Source: Tubiluchus corallicola (taxonomy: Eukaryota; Animalia; Priapulida). Taken from it: a stretch of 64,000 bases of DNA. The position numbers were made by a program, and so were the translations under genes. The DNA is taken from positions 576,997 to 640,996 of the forward strand of contig JAQGDQ010000051.1 of assembly GCA_030141605.1 (NCBI GenBank), read 5' to 3'. Below, in pieces: positions 24,992 to 38,300 of this stretch (positions are counted from its first letter, which is position 1; each line of letters starts with the position of its first letter). Below the pieces are notes generated by a model, which was not told the origin of the DNA, did no database searches, and saw only the letters and a program-made list of their open reading frames with translations.

Positions 24992-27900
24992 AAATTTTCA
25001 CAAGTTCTGACACGGTTAAGTAAGTCAATACATATTTGAGTAGCCACATATTTGAACAGTAGTTTCATTTCTTCCTATCCTAAATTGATATGAAATAATT
25101 AAATTTTAACTGATAGAAAAGCTTTACCTTCCAAATAGAACACATTTTTCTGGTGTTGCAAAAATTACCAAGCCGCAGGACCTCCGCTCTTTCATCCAAA
25201 ATATAATGAGGCATTATCACCGGCCAAAGCTCTTATAAACTAAAAAACAAGTTTCACTGCTGGTGAAAAACTACAGGAATATAGTGTCCTTAACATAAAA
25301 ACAAGAAAATGTCAAAAGAAGAACTGCATTCAGAAAATGTTGAAATTTATTATTACTTTAAACGTTCAAGTGAAAAGACTGAAGTTATAAACTGAAAGGG
25401 GCAAAATATCGGAAAAATGTCGAGAGCAACGTGTCAGAAAATATTGTTATTATATAACAAAATAAAATAGCTACAAGGACAAGGCAGTCTGGTAATCTTA
25501 TATTAGAAGAATGTGCTTTATAATTATAAGAAGATAGGTTTTTGCCTAAAACCGTCTATATTACTAATTGCTTTTGAGTGCAAAATCCCAGCTTTGTAGA
25601 ATACCGATATATATTCTAAAATACGTTAAAAATATCATATTAAATTTTATTCTGTTAAAAAAATCGCTTCTCTTCCTTGTGCGTGTAAATCCGTCGTATA
25701 CGGTTTCTGTACCATTAAGATGATGGCGCGCTGTCATTGAAAACAAGATCAAATGGCAAAAGTTGTCTAACTAAGACTCACTTTTACAAGCACGTCATGG
25801 TCATACACAGTAATTAAAATAGCACGACTAATCTGCTACCATAAACTTACTCAAGCATTGACTGTGAAAAGGTCGTTTCTGCTACAGTCCATTACACTAT
25901 TACTTCAATTACATAACTAATATTTTGCTCTCTAACCTGTGGCGTTGCTGTAGAAGGACATGTCAAAAAGTTCATCTTTCATTCAATGTGTACCTTCTGA
26001 GTGAAACTTTGTTTGAAAAACAATTTAAAAAAAACAAGGGCCTACAAACTCCTACACAGTGGCAACGATAAGTACAATTTTTGAACACCTTTTATGCGCC
26101 ATAGCCATTTAAAATTTAGGCGCAGTTATATATGAAGTTTAAAATTTTCAAAATGTACACACACTTTAAATTTTAACACAGCTGAATTTCGTCGAACATA
26201 ATTTCGTTTAAGAAATAAACAATGTGCAATCTTCTACAAGAAACAAAATATTTAAGCTTTAGTGAATAAAGGTCACTTGACGATAGTTTATCGAATTGTT
26301 TTGATTTTGCATGACATAAACAGGGCTAATATTTCTTGCTAAAACGGCATAAAAACTAAATGATCTTTACAGTATGTTTCGTCTATCATCTCGTCTCGTA
26401 CTTTTGATCTTACCCATCTCGTTCCATCCTATCCAGCCCATCCCGCCCTGCCTCAATGTCACACGTCTCGCCTTATGGTATAACGACAGTAAGAACCTGT
26501 GGTTGTAATAAGAAACAAGAAGCGATTTCTGGACCCCATCGCCGGGATCCAGCACATGATATCTTCAAGACTTGAGACAATTCAAACTTACGGCGTTTAT
26601 AAGTGTATGAGTTTGACTTATGTATAATCGTTTTCTCACAGTCGTTTGATAAGATGCCACAAATGCTAAATCCCAGGAATCTATATAGGGTATGCAATTT
26701 TTCGTTTGCAAAATCGTATTTTTATATAAGGTTGGCGGTAAACTTTGGAACAGTCATTAAAGGGTTTGTTCTATAAAAAACGCCTCGTAACCGTGCACAA
26801 ATGTGCCTAAAAACATTAACACTAGAGCAAGCAATTTCTAAACACAAAATTATATTTTACTAATTTTGTAGAGAAAATACAATTGTCTCGGGTCTTGGAG
26901 ATACATGTGAGGCATGTATGCGAGAACACGTATTCTGGTGGGCACTGTCATGATGTATATAACAGTGATGTGTATGACAGAAATGTGTCTTCAACGTTAA
27001 TTGAAACAACATGAAATCAGTACCAATTCATTGAAAGCTTTAGTACTAGGTGCAGCTTATAAAAAATATCATTTTGCCGTACTAGCCTATCATTTAATGG
27101 TATTTATCCATAAAAGTTGTGTTGATGAATATTACGTTCTTGCTAGACAAATAAAAGTTTGATCTATATAATTAGCTGGCTCTATATTAAGTTGTTTAAC
27201 GCTTTTCTTTTGGTGTTACTGCTGGGAACGACCTATAGGCCTGTAGAGGATAGGTAGTAAAGGCAAATTTTGCTCTGCTTACTTACGCTACTTGTTCAGC
27301 CACGTTTCGTATTTATTCCGTGAAGCACCCCCTGTATAGAAGAATGTACTAAATATATCCTCTCGTCTCGGTTAACTGGTTGGGACGCGCGCATGATCCA
27401 CTAGCATACTGAACTATACGATTACAAACAATCCCCGTGCTTGAGACACTGAAACAGTTCCACATCCCGGCTTTCGAAATTTTGTTAATAGTCGCGTTTT
27501 ATTACTAGTTACATTTGCATTTGAGTTATAGAAGTCAATGTGGAGATTTAGAGTTTTTATGAGATTTTGTGGGTAATTGTTGTGTTATCATGCTGAAACA
27601 GATCTGTAAAAAAAGTGAAAGTGATGTAATTCACTGAGCAAATCCAGTGTGGCTACAACAAACGTTTCGTTGACTTTGGCATATTCTCAATTGTGGTTCC
27701 TATTCAACTCAGGACTGATGCTGAGGGAAACTCTTAAAATGTCTCTAACAAACAGGATTAAAAGTGGCCCAGAAGAAGCGTCCAAATTAAGGAAGTATAC
27801 GTGTCTCAAAAAGTCTCTTTTGAAAAGATATAGTAAGTATCAATGGAATCACCTTTTGACTATTGTACAAGACTACAGCTATAAGACTTTACGCATACAG

Positions 27901-30900
27901 GCGGTAGTAATGGCAGTATTAACAGTAGCAGGCAGTTTTCAGTCGCAAATTATTATGAGTCTACGGCAACTTACTCAGGTGTACATTATAACGTACTCAC
28001 GTTATATACCTACGTCTTGTGGCAGTAAGACTAGTCCTGAAGCTTTTTCCGAGTGTCAGCAACATAAGACTGACATTCTCTTTACTGGCAGAATAAAAAA
28101 GGCACAGCTTTACCTTTTCGTCTCCTTTTTGTTTTCTTGTAAGGAGAGAAAGTGACCGCATAAGATGGAAAAGTAAGTGTGAAGGTGAAAAAAGTCACCG
28201 TGTTAAGGATAAGTGAGCATGTAGGTGGAAAAATAACCGTGTAGGAGGCATAAATGGCTGTGTAGGGGTTAGAAAGTGACCATGTTGGGGGATAAATGGC
28301 TGTACTAGTGGATTAAAAGTGACCATGTAGGAGAAAAAGTGAACATGTAAGCAGGAGAAAGTGACCATGCAGGAAGGAAAGGTGACCGTGCAGGTTATAA
28401 TAATAACAATAACAATAATCTTTATTCAAAATCGGCTTGTGAATTAACAGTTAACATAAGCTCAGCGAGTTTTTTACCGACTGTAAATAACAAATTTACA
28501 CGTATATAACAGAGATTATTATTACCAGCTTTATCCTAAGTACCACACGCTAGGCAGGGCAACAGCAGGTACCATTTATAAGTCTTTGGTATGACCCAGC
28601 CGCAGTATCGAACTCACGATCTCACGGACGGAAAGCGGACATGTTACCACTAGATTGTACCCTCTGGTAAAAAATGATGATGTAAGAGGAAGAGTGACTA
28701 GATAGGTGGTAAAAAGCGACCATGTAGGCGTGACTATGCAAGCAGGAAATATGGCAGCTTTTACTCGTCGAAGTCTGAAGTGCTAGCTTTTTTGCACAAA
28801 ATGAGCAAGAAAAAGTCTCCATGTAGTGTAAATAGAAAGAATGAATTTGTCAAACGTTCGGTGTAGCAAATACGCATTTCTCATGTTCTCTACAAAACAA
28901 GTAGAACAACCATTATAACATTTACACTGGAAGCGGGGCATCTACTATGTTACTTTTGTGTTACTTATATTTCTGTACTTTAATTTACAACTCGTTTATT
29001 TTCTTTTATGGTGTCAATGTGAAACATTGCGATTGCCCTGCAAGCACATAGTACACTTAAAACTGACTGTGTAGTGTGTGTCCTTTATGGCTGTTATAGT
29101 TATCTTAAGCTCTGTAATAAGATCAGTTTTGTAGATTGTTACAGTATGTAACTGAGCCTTTATTTCAGAATTTTTAGCTTCTCGTCATTTCACGAAATGT
29201 CACTACAGCAGGGTGAAATACGAGAAATCACAGCCAACAATCCCATCATGCCATCATTATTGTCATCCTGATCATTATTATCATTATTTTATTGTTATCG
29301 TTATCATTGTGATTGCCATTATCATAATCATTATCATTATTGTTATTATTTGCAGTGGATGATCAACCTGTCATAGTTAAGCAAGAAAATGGCACAAAGG
29401 CTCATCATCACATGACATCGCAGCATGTACCGACTGCTCAAGTGATCGCGGAGCATCACAAAAACTCAGGCAAACTGCTGCAAGACATACTAGAGCAAAA
29501 ATCAGATTATCCAGATTATACAACGACTGCATTAAAACCACTAACTCCTTCACCGGAGTTCATCCATGAACGCCATGGTTATTATGATCCACCATTGATG
29601 CCTCCACTTATGCAAATAACAACTGGTAAGCACAATTGTGGATTCTAGTATTATTTTCGTGAACTCACATTACATTTTTAAAATACATTGACCTAAACTA
29701 GGGCATGTCCAGTTTTGGGTTTCCATATGTCCAGTTTCCAGTTTTTAGGTTTTTTCGGTAGACCTATTAGTCTGGAATCTCCAAGCACTGGATTACTCAC
29801 TTATTGAGCTTTTGCTGCCTAATTGACTGGATATGTCATTTAAAACACCATTTACCCTCGTCGTGAATGTCATAATTGTATCATTATTCTAATTAATTAT
29901 TTTATTATTCACTGCAAGATTGCAAATTATATGATCAAGGCTGTTTTTATGTCAGTGTAAATAGTAACCTATCAGGTAAGTCGATTGTCGTCTTGGATGT
30001 TCTCAAGTAATCTGTCAGCTGTTTTCTTTCCTCTGGCATGCCAGTATAATAATTATAAAAATTCTTCTGTCAGCTAAGACTACACTTTTGCCATGACACC
30101 GCTGCATGATCTCAATTTGTTAATCGAATGCACTCAATAAGTGCTTATCCTTATTCTTTTTAACTAGCTTCAGAATATAAGCAGTTAAACCACCTAAAAT
30201 CTCCTCATTTACTTCCATTTTTGCGCGTTCAAGTGTAGAGCGGGAAACAAACATTGCGTGATACATGACGCCGGATGCCGGATCAAATATGTCGCGGGCC
30301 CAAAGTTGGCCTCGTGGTTGTTGCCTGGCGAAAGACAGAAATCTCACAAGGGGCTAGAGTATATAGATCACAAGAATGAGAATGCCTATCCAGTATCTAG
30401 GCAGCTCCATATCGCTTCCATGTGCTGTAAGTCTATAGATCTGCGTTCTTATCTAGGACGGGTGCGTTATACAACTTCCTTATTACTCTGCGTCTTTTCT
30501 ACTGTTTACAGTTGTCTGCCATGTGTACTACATCCGAGCAACGGTATTCACAACGTACATTCCATCCCTCTATTTTTGCCGTTATTGATACTGTGAATGG
30601 TTGCTACAAGCCAGACAAACGCACATTTACCCAACTAAAGTTACTGAAGGAATATTTTTGTTACATGCAAAAAAGCAAGCTACGGGAAATGTACAGTGAC
30701 GAAAAAATCTTTTCGATTAGCTGGGCTGGGGGGCTGATTGGAATGTTTTCGATGATGCCTGGTTGTGCTGATTTGTGTCGCTGGATATGCCGCGTGTAGC
30801 ATTTCAATGCTGCAATCAGCACTAAACAGTCCCTTAATAAAATTAAATTTCGGTTTTAGTAACTATCACGGTGACCAGCTGGTTTAACGCCCATGATGAT

Positions 30901-33900
30901 GCTGGTTTAAATGTACGTTATGCCCATTGATGTTAAGCGTTTCTAACAACGAACTTTAGATATTCTTTAAATGTGCACAGAAAAAATTAATGAAATCTTC
31001 TAAAATTCTCTATAAATAAAATTTTTAAAATCTACTAATTTACGAATTTGCTATGCGATTAAATATTAGACGTTTGGGCCCAGCAGACACTTCAGCTTAT
31101 TTAAATTTTTACTAGAACATTTGTAAATGACTAAATCGGTCACTTGAAAACATTCGTATATGCGTACTAGTTTTCATGTAGTATATATTTGAGACGTAAA
31201 TCAAGGCTACTGTACAGCAACACAAATTTAATTCAAATAAAGACTGTGAAAATTAAAGAAAAATCCCACGATTAAAAACAAGGATAAAGCACAGCGTTTT
31301 AAACTACCGCTGTAATTTAACTGCATGTGAAAGAAATAAGGAAAAATCATAAATTTCTAATACATGTACTAATCTTTTTGAGGGAACTAGCTAGTAAACA
31401 TATCACACTAAAATAGAACACGATTACATAGAACAACACAGAAGTATAAAATCACGGGCCAAAAAAGATGCAGTCACAATAGAAACAAAACAAAGGCATA
31501 GCAAAAAAAACGCAAGGAAAAAATACAGATGTATAAAAACACAGAGTATGTTTTCCCTTTGTCTTGCTTCCAGGAATTGGACAGTTGCGGCCTAAATCAG
31601 TACCGAATAGTGTGATAATGCGATTTTTCACCTACTGGGGGGGGGGGGTATAATGCTTTCTCTTTCTTATAGCTAGATGTCACCACATATTATGATACAT
31701 ACAATATACTAATGTACTAACACTATTTACAATGTCAGTGTCGTCGTCTACTAAATAGTGTAACTGATTAACTATCATGCATTCACAAGCTAATATAATT
31801 AAGTTTTTTATGCATTTTATTGTCTTCTGCATTAAATTACTCGCTTGTAATGAGCTTCTGTGAAACGTTTTATAAGATAAAAATATGAATAACAAAATTA
31901 TTTGTTTGATAGGATCGCTTCCTCCAAGTCCAGCTGACAGCGGCATTTCATCCTCAGACATGGATAGCACAGGCAGTGGAGATGAAGCTAGAACAAAATT
32001 GCATGGTAGGCAGAACTATCCTGTTTTGAGTTGCACTAAATTCGAGTATACCTTAGGGTAGTCATAAATTGCACTTAGGTTTTGGTATTTTATGTGTGTA
32101 ATACCTCCTGATGTATATCAAAATTCCTGTCCATGTTGCAGTGCTCACTATTTAGGCCACACTGACTGCCACAGGGATGCATCTACATTCATGCATAAGA
32201 GACCTTGCTAGAGCAGCCCTATAAGCCAAAGTGGTCAAACTGAAAACAATTTTCTAAAACACTTTGTATTGGTGGATAGTGTTGTTACTTACTCAGTTTT
32301 GATGTAACAATACTGGATAAGGCTCTCAGTAAAGGCTACAAAATGAGACACTCTAGTCCATTACCACAAATGCTTTCCATGTTGCAGTAGCATATTAATG
32401 AGACACTGTATTGCATCTACTATTGTAATCATGCTTTATGTGTTTAATTTTTTGCATTTTAGCTGTTTCTTCTTACTTATAAATAATACATTGGATTTAG
32501 ATCAGTTAATCTTACAAAAAAAGTTGTCACTCAATATTGAAAAAACAAAATTCATTGTATTCACATTCAAAAACAAAAAATCCCCAGTAATCTTATAGTA
32601 AAACGTGATGAAGTCCCAGTGAACAAAGTAAAACACACAAAGTTCTTAGGCATCATTATAGACGAACACCTAACTTGGCAAGAACATATTAAATTTATCC
32701 AAAATAAAATTTCCAAACCGTGGGGAGCATATACAGAGCTAGACACATATTGCCAAAATCTGGCGGTGCTACTACTATTATATAAAGGTTTTTTTACCAT
32801 ACCTTAATACTTCGACTAGTGTTTTGGAGGAACACATATACTAGTTGATAGGAAAAAATTCAAGTAATTCAGAAGAAAATTTTGTGGACCATAGCATTTG
32901 CAGGTTATAAGAAACCACATGTCACTAATATTGAAAATCCTTAATTTTCTTAGAATTTGTGACAGTATCAAGTTCCAAAGCACGATTTTCATGTACATAT
33001 TCACTCATAAACTATTGCCATGTTTATTTCTTGATTATTTTGTTTGAATACTGAAATACACAATTAATACACGACATATACTTAACTATCACTATTATAA
33101 AGAGCAACACAAATGAAAAAATTTCAAACAAACACAATGGCATCTACATATGGAATTCAATTGCTCCAGCTATCAAAATGCCAACTCACTCTCTCCATAA
33201 AAAATATGGAAATCACACTTATTTGACACATACAGCTATTCACTCTATCATGATCTTCAACAACTTGAGCAATAATATAACGATTCATTCTCATCAGTGC
33301 ATATCTGTATAGTTCACACCTCTCTGTATCTTAATCAAGTGTTGCCTCTTCCACAAACGCTTGCTAAATGTGTTAAATCGTTTATTACTTCTCTGTACCA
33401 TCCATTATAGCTCTTTCTAACTACCAGTCACATATTATTAATGAATATTTTTTACTACTAATTCTGGTGGGTTAATTTAAGCTTGCTTCATAAGTCTCCA
33501 ACCCCAAATGTATTCATGTAAATTGAACGTTGTATGAATTACAAATTGAGTTTATGTGCTTCTAGTATAAAAGTATTATGATTCTGTTGCAGGGTAAAAT
33601 TAATTAAATTGAAATTGAATTGAGTTGAATTAGACTACTTTGTTTAACTTTATTTTGTTTATTATGAATGTTATCAAAAACAACAAAAAGTGAAGTCTCC
33701 ACAGTTATAATGATGCTGTCTCTTGCCTCTGCCTGTATCAGAACATTGTATAGCAAAGTGTATTTAATTGGAATTGTTTTTATTTTGTAGGCCTCCATTC
33801 ACCTTTGGCTAATTCACATTCTCAGTTCATTCCTCAATACTATCATCCCGGTCATGCTGTTGGAAACTCAAATATGCCACCACCACAGACGCAACATCAT

Positions 33901-35331
33901 TATCTACAAGCACATCATTTTAGTCGACCAGGTACGAAAGTTGCTTATTTTATTAAATCCACATTTATAAATAATTGATGTAGACTAATATAATTAAGCT
34001 ACTGCAACATTGTCCATTATGCAGAACAAAACTTTATTGGTGTCAAGGACCTACTTCGTACAGGCAGAATGAGGAAAGCTATTGTTGGAATGTTGGTACA
34101 GCATATTTTTATGTTACTTCCTAAGTAAGTTACTTACAAAGTAACCCTATCTCTTTGTCGTGTTGATGCCACTCTTGCTGTTGTGATGTAATAAGTTTTC
34201 AGCCAATTTTTATATTATGACATCACAATGGAGTTATTCTGTATTCTAAAACATGAAAAAACGAATTATTGGCATATTCAGATACTATGACAACAATAAA
34301 TGACAATCTAAATGACTCGAGTAACCCAAATTGATGCTTCGTATTCCAGACTAGGCATTAAAAATTCTTTGTCCAGGCAGCTTTTGCCAATCTTGTACAT
34401 TCCATGGTTTCATGTGTTTGAACTATCAATAGAATGTTATAAATGAATAGGCTGTTAAATTTTAATTATATCAATAATGTTCCTCTTTTGTTTTCACGAT
34501 TAGCATGAGATTTCCCCGAAACAAATCAACTTCACATCATGTGCTGTGGACATAACAAAACGTTTTGCATTGTTTTTGCCTTTATAATGTCTAATTTTAG
34601 CTGTTGTAGACAAATTAGATTATAAGAGCATCATGTTTACTGATGTTATGAGGCTATTACCTGTAAGTGTTATTAATTAATTAATTAATACTCAGCAACA
34701 CTTACATTACACGCTACATTTCACTACCGTATACTACACTGCAGCACACCACACAAAAGTAAATTTAAATACCTTTCCAGGACTAACACCTGGCAAATGT
34801 GTAGTGTACATATTTTTTCCAGTAAACACATAACCCTATCCTAGCTATCTATTTACTCCAATCAGAAGAAAATGCTTTTGGGGCTAGAAGTTTCGGTACT
34901 TTCAAATTTTGAAATTATAAATTTTACTACTTAATTCGGTTATTTAAAAAATAGCCTTTAATTAATTGACGTCGTATGCATCTATAGGCGTAATAATCGT
35001 ATAATAACGAGTTTGCCCTCGAGAAAAGCAATGCCTGATTGCAAAGAAAATGCTTTTGTTTATTAATCCTTGCTTGCTGGAATAATTTGGGCTAGTAGGA
35101 ACGCGTGAGACACTGCTTTGTTAACGCTCGGGGGCAGTGCCTCTATGGCGGGACAAAGAACCGAAAAATCAAACAGGTTAAGAGGAACGTAGGCCGGAAG
35201 TAATGAATACAAACAAAACCAGTTTCGAAATTTTTGATAATACCAGAGTGTAAATCAGAATGATTTAGCAATCTGTACTAAATGTGAACAATATAATGAT
35301 ATTCACAATGATGATATTTAATAATAGTAAA

Positions 35332-35370
<39 letters not shown>

Positions 35371-38300
35371 TATTACTAAAAAAACAACAACAATAAAAAT
35401 AATAACCTGTAGGTCATCACTTTCACTCCCAGAATCATAATATTATTTTTTACTAATAGTAGTTTTTAACAAGTTCCAGCTTTTAGGGCGCTCCAGACGA
35501 GTGACATTCGGTTTATCTCTATAAAGATGGTGAACTAACGTTTGATGAGTTTGCCAAGCTACGATTTAGTTGTTGCACAGTGACTGATATGTCCTCCACA
35601 AGTTTCTCTGTTCAGGCTTGTTCTGTATTGTTTTGTATGACAGACAATAAAAGCAAAAAGTGATGTTCAATTTAACTCAACGCAATATAAAAATAGTTGA
35701 TTTTCTGAGCTTAATAAAACGTTCGATAACAAGGCGGGCCAATGCTAGTGGCATAGGTCATGACCTACAAGGATAGCGCCTCCACACACGCCTTGTTTAC
35801 CCTCTTCACCTTAAAGTATTAATTGATTGCTCTAGTAACATTCGTTACCTTGAACTCTTTGTCCAACTGTTTCATTGACAGCAGCAATTAAGACACCCAT
35901 ATTAAGTGTACGGAAAAACCTGGAATTTTCTTTCTGTTTAGGGTTATCATTCCTGCCCATTTTATCTAATGTTAATCTACAAAATTTGCTTCTCTTCAAC
36001 ATAAGTGTGAATGTTGCACACTTGAATAGAGCAATGTCTATTATACGATAGTATCAGTTCAAGGCTATTTGTTTTCACTTCAACTTTGCGAAGCTGAAAG
36101 ATGTGCTGTAAATCACACAAGAACGAAACAAATTGGATAATGTCTAGCGTTCCGGTTTACAGTATGTTACTAAGCATGACATTTTAATTTTAACGATGAA
36201 ACTAGCGACTGACAAAACCAATAATTCTCTAGTGCAACTGTAATAAGCATTCGAAATCCTAGAGGATAGCTATAATTGCAAACATTACTATATTTTCGAT
36301 GTTTATAGAATGCATAGTAGAAGCGCAAGGGCACGACGCTGTGACACTGTACAATTCGTTAGAGCTGGGTTCAAGGCTAAAGTCTACATTTGCACACCTG
36401 CCGTGCAAGGGGGATTAGCGTACCACATCCGCTAAGCATTTCCCCATTACTGGAGAGCAAAGACCTCCACAGCTATGAACAACTTCTACAGGAACTAATA
36501 GTAAAAGACTTGTTTCATTTGTTTGGGCCTTCTTTCTGACCATGAGTGGATTTTTTCTCCTTGCGTTTCCAGTTTATCATTGATGTTAACACTCGGCAAT
36601 GGGGTTATTTTTTGTAAACTGCGACTGCTAATCCTTTGTATGCTTTATGGAAGGTAAACGAAAAAAATGTGGCTGCCTCACAGATGTTCATTCCACCCAA
36701 AAGCCAGCGCTAATAAAAAAATTTCATACCTTACAACTTGGTAACTTTGAATTTCTGCTATTTCTACACGAACACTCATCTGAAGTAGAAAGCTGGGCAT
36801 AAATATCAGCATCTACGTGAAACGTAAGAGCCAGATGTAATCTCAACATTGCCCATAACCACCAAAAATACACTAATCCTAATAGTATTCCAATGCTGCA
36901 TTGGCCTATCGCAAATATTACGTGTACATAGAAATAACGTAAAAACTTTGAAATATAAAAATCGGAAGCAGCCCATAGTTTCTGGCGATATGGCCCACTG
37001 TTCCGTTTTTACTATCACGATGTGGTCGTGTTTTTCTAAGCTTACGAATTACGACTATTGCGCGTCTAGTACTTAAAAATCAAAGTTCTTATACTGCCTT
37101 CCTAGATTATGCTCATAAAATAGATTCATTGTTCGCTTTGGGAACACATTTCGGGGCGATACAGTACGTAATTAACCTCCGGAGCCTCAGTTATATTCAG
37201 ACGGAAAACCAGTTTTGTGGCATCTCTGATAATAATTGGCAAGTAAACGTGGCCCTGTCGCTGAACTTCCTGCTTGGGTTGAAGGACGTGAGCGCTGAGT
37301 AGAAAACTCGCTCAAGCGATTCTATCAAGCTGTATTGCCAGCAAAGTGCAGGTGACTAGTAACCGCCAAGATTTTTAAGTACATTTACAAAACCAATGAA
37401 AACCAAGACTTTGACTTCTGTGGTTCCTAAATTTTCTTTTTAAGCAGTCTTAATTCAAAAAACTTGAAGATGCATTTTTTTCATTTTTTAAATATCGTCA
37501 TATATATATATATATACTTAGAGCAAACAAAAACTTTAAAGATAGATTGGGTAATTTATTTACTGTTAGTGCGCTGAGAGACTATTGCCATCGAGAGTGC
37601 ATATAACAATAGACTTCAGACAATTAAGAAACTTAGACCTAAAACTTAAAACCAAAACAGGACGTCCTTAAAAACAAAAATTTCTAATTAAAATATATTT
37701 GCTTTAGTTGCCAAGAATTATTAGAGCACAATGACCTAGGACTCTGTAAGTGACGTATAAACAGTGTGAGGTCAACATGATTGTTTTTATTCTAGGACTA
37801 AAAATGATTTATATTCATCGGCCTGCAATAATGTGATTATTTAAACACTTTGTAAACCTACTGCATGTCCTTTATATTTTCCCCAAATAAACAGTTTTAA
37901 ACGGTGTGAAGTACATTTTAGGCAATCTCACATTTCGGTTTTTTTTAAATCTGAATTTCAACAGCGTAAGTAGCCATTACCTTTGTCTTTATTACCTACA
38001 TGACACGCACATGAAGAATGCATTTGGGTTGAAAGTTAGTATACTGTGTTTAAGAAAAGTTAATTATAAGCAAGCTGGCAAGGCCTCTAATATTTTGAGA
38101 TGAAACGCAGTGCTAGCAACGCCAATGATCTTGAAACATGACTCGAAACCTACTGGATCCAAAGGATTACACCACAGATAATGTTCGAACAATCCGGTTG
38201 GAGAGATGCCGCTTGACGCCTACGTAGGTAGACAGCTTCATAAGCTGTATATGTATATTGATATATCACTCAGGACCTTTCATGAATGGAATATGGAGAC

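Noticed and set aside
29930-30800. Possible PIF/Harbinger transposase remnant and associated ORFs
   Set aside because: Faint similarity across frameshifts only; not supportable without a profile search
35194-35201. Perfect ETS site CCGGAAGT as an autoregulatory element
   Set aside because: A single 8-mer is close to chance expectation in ~46 kb on both strands
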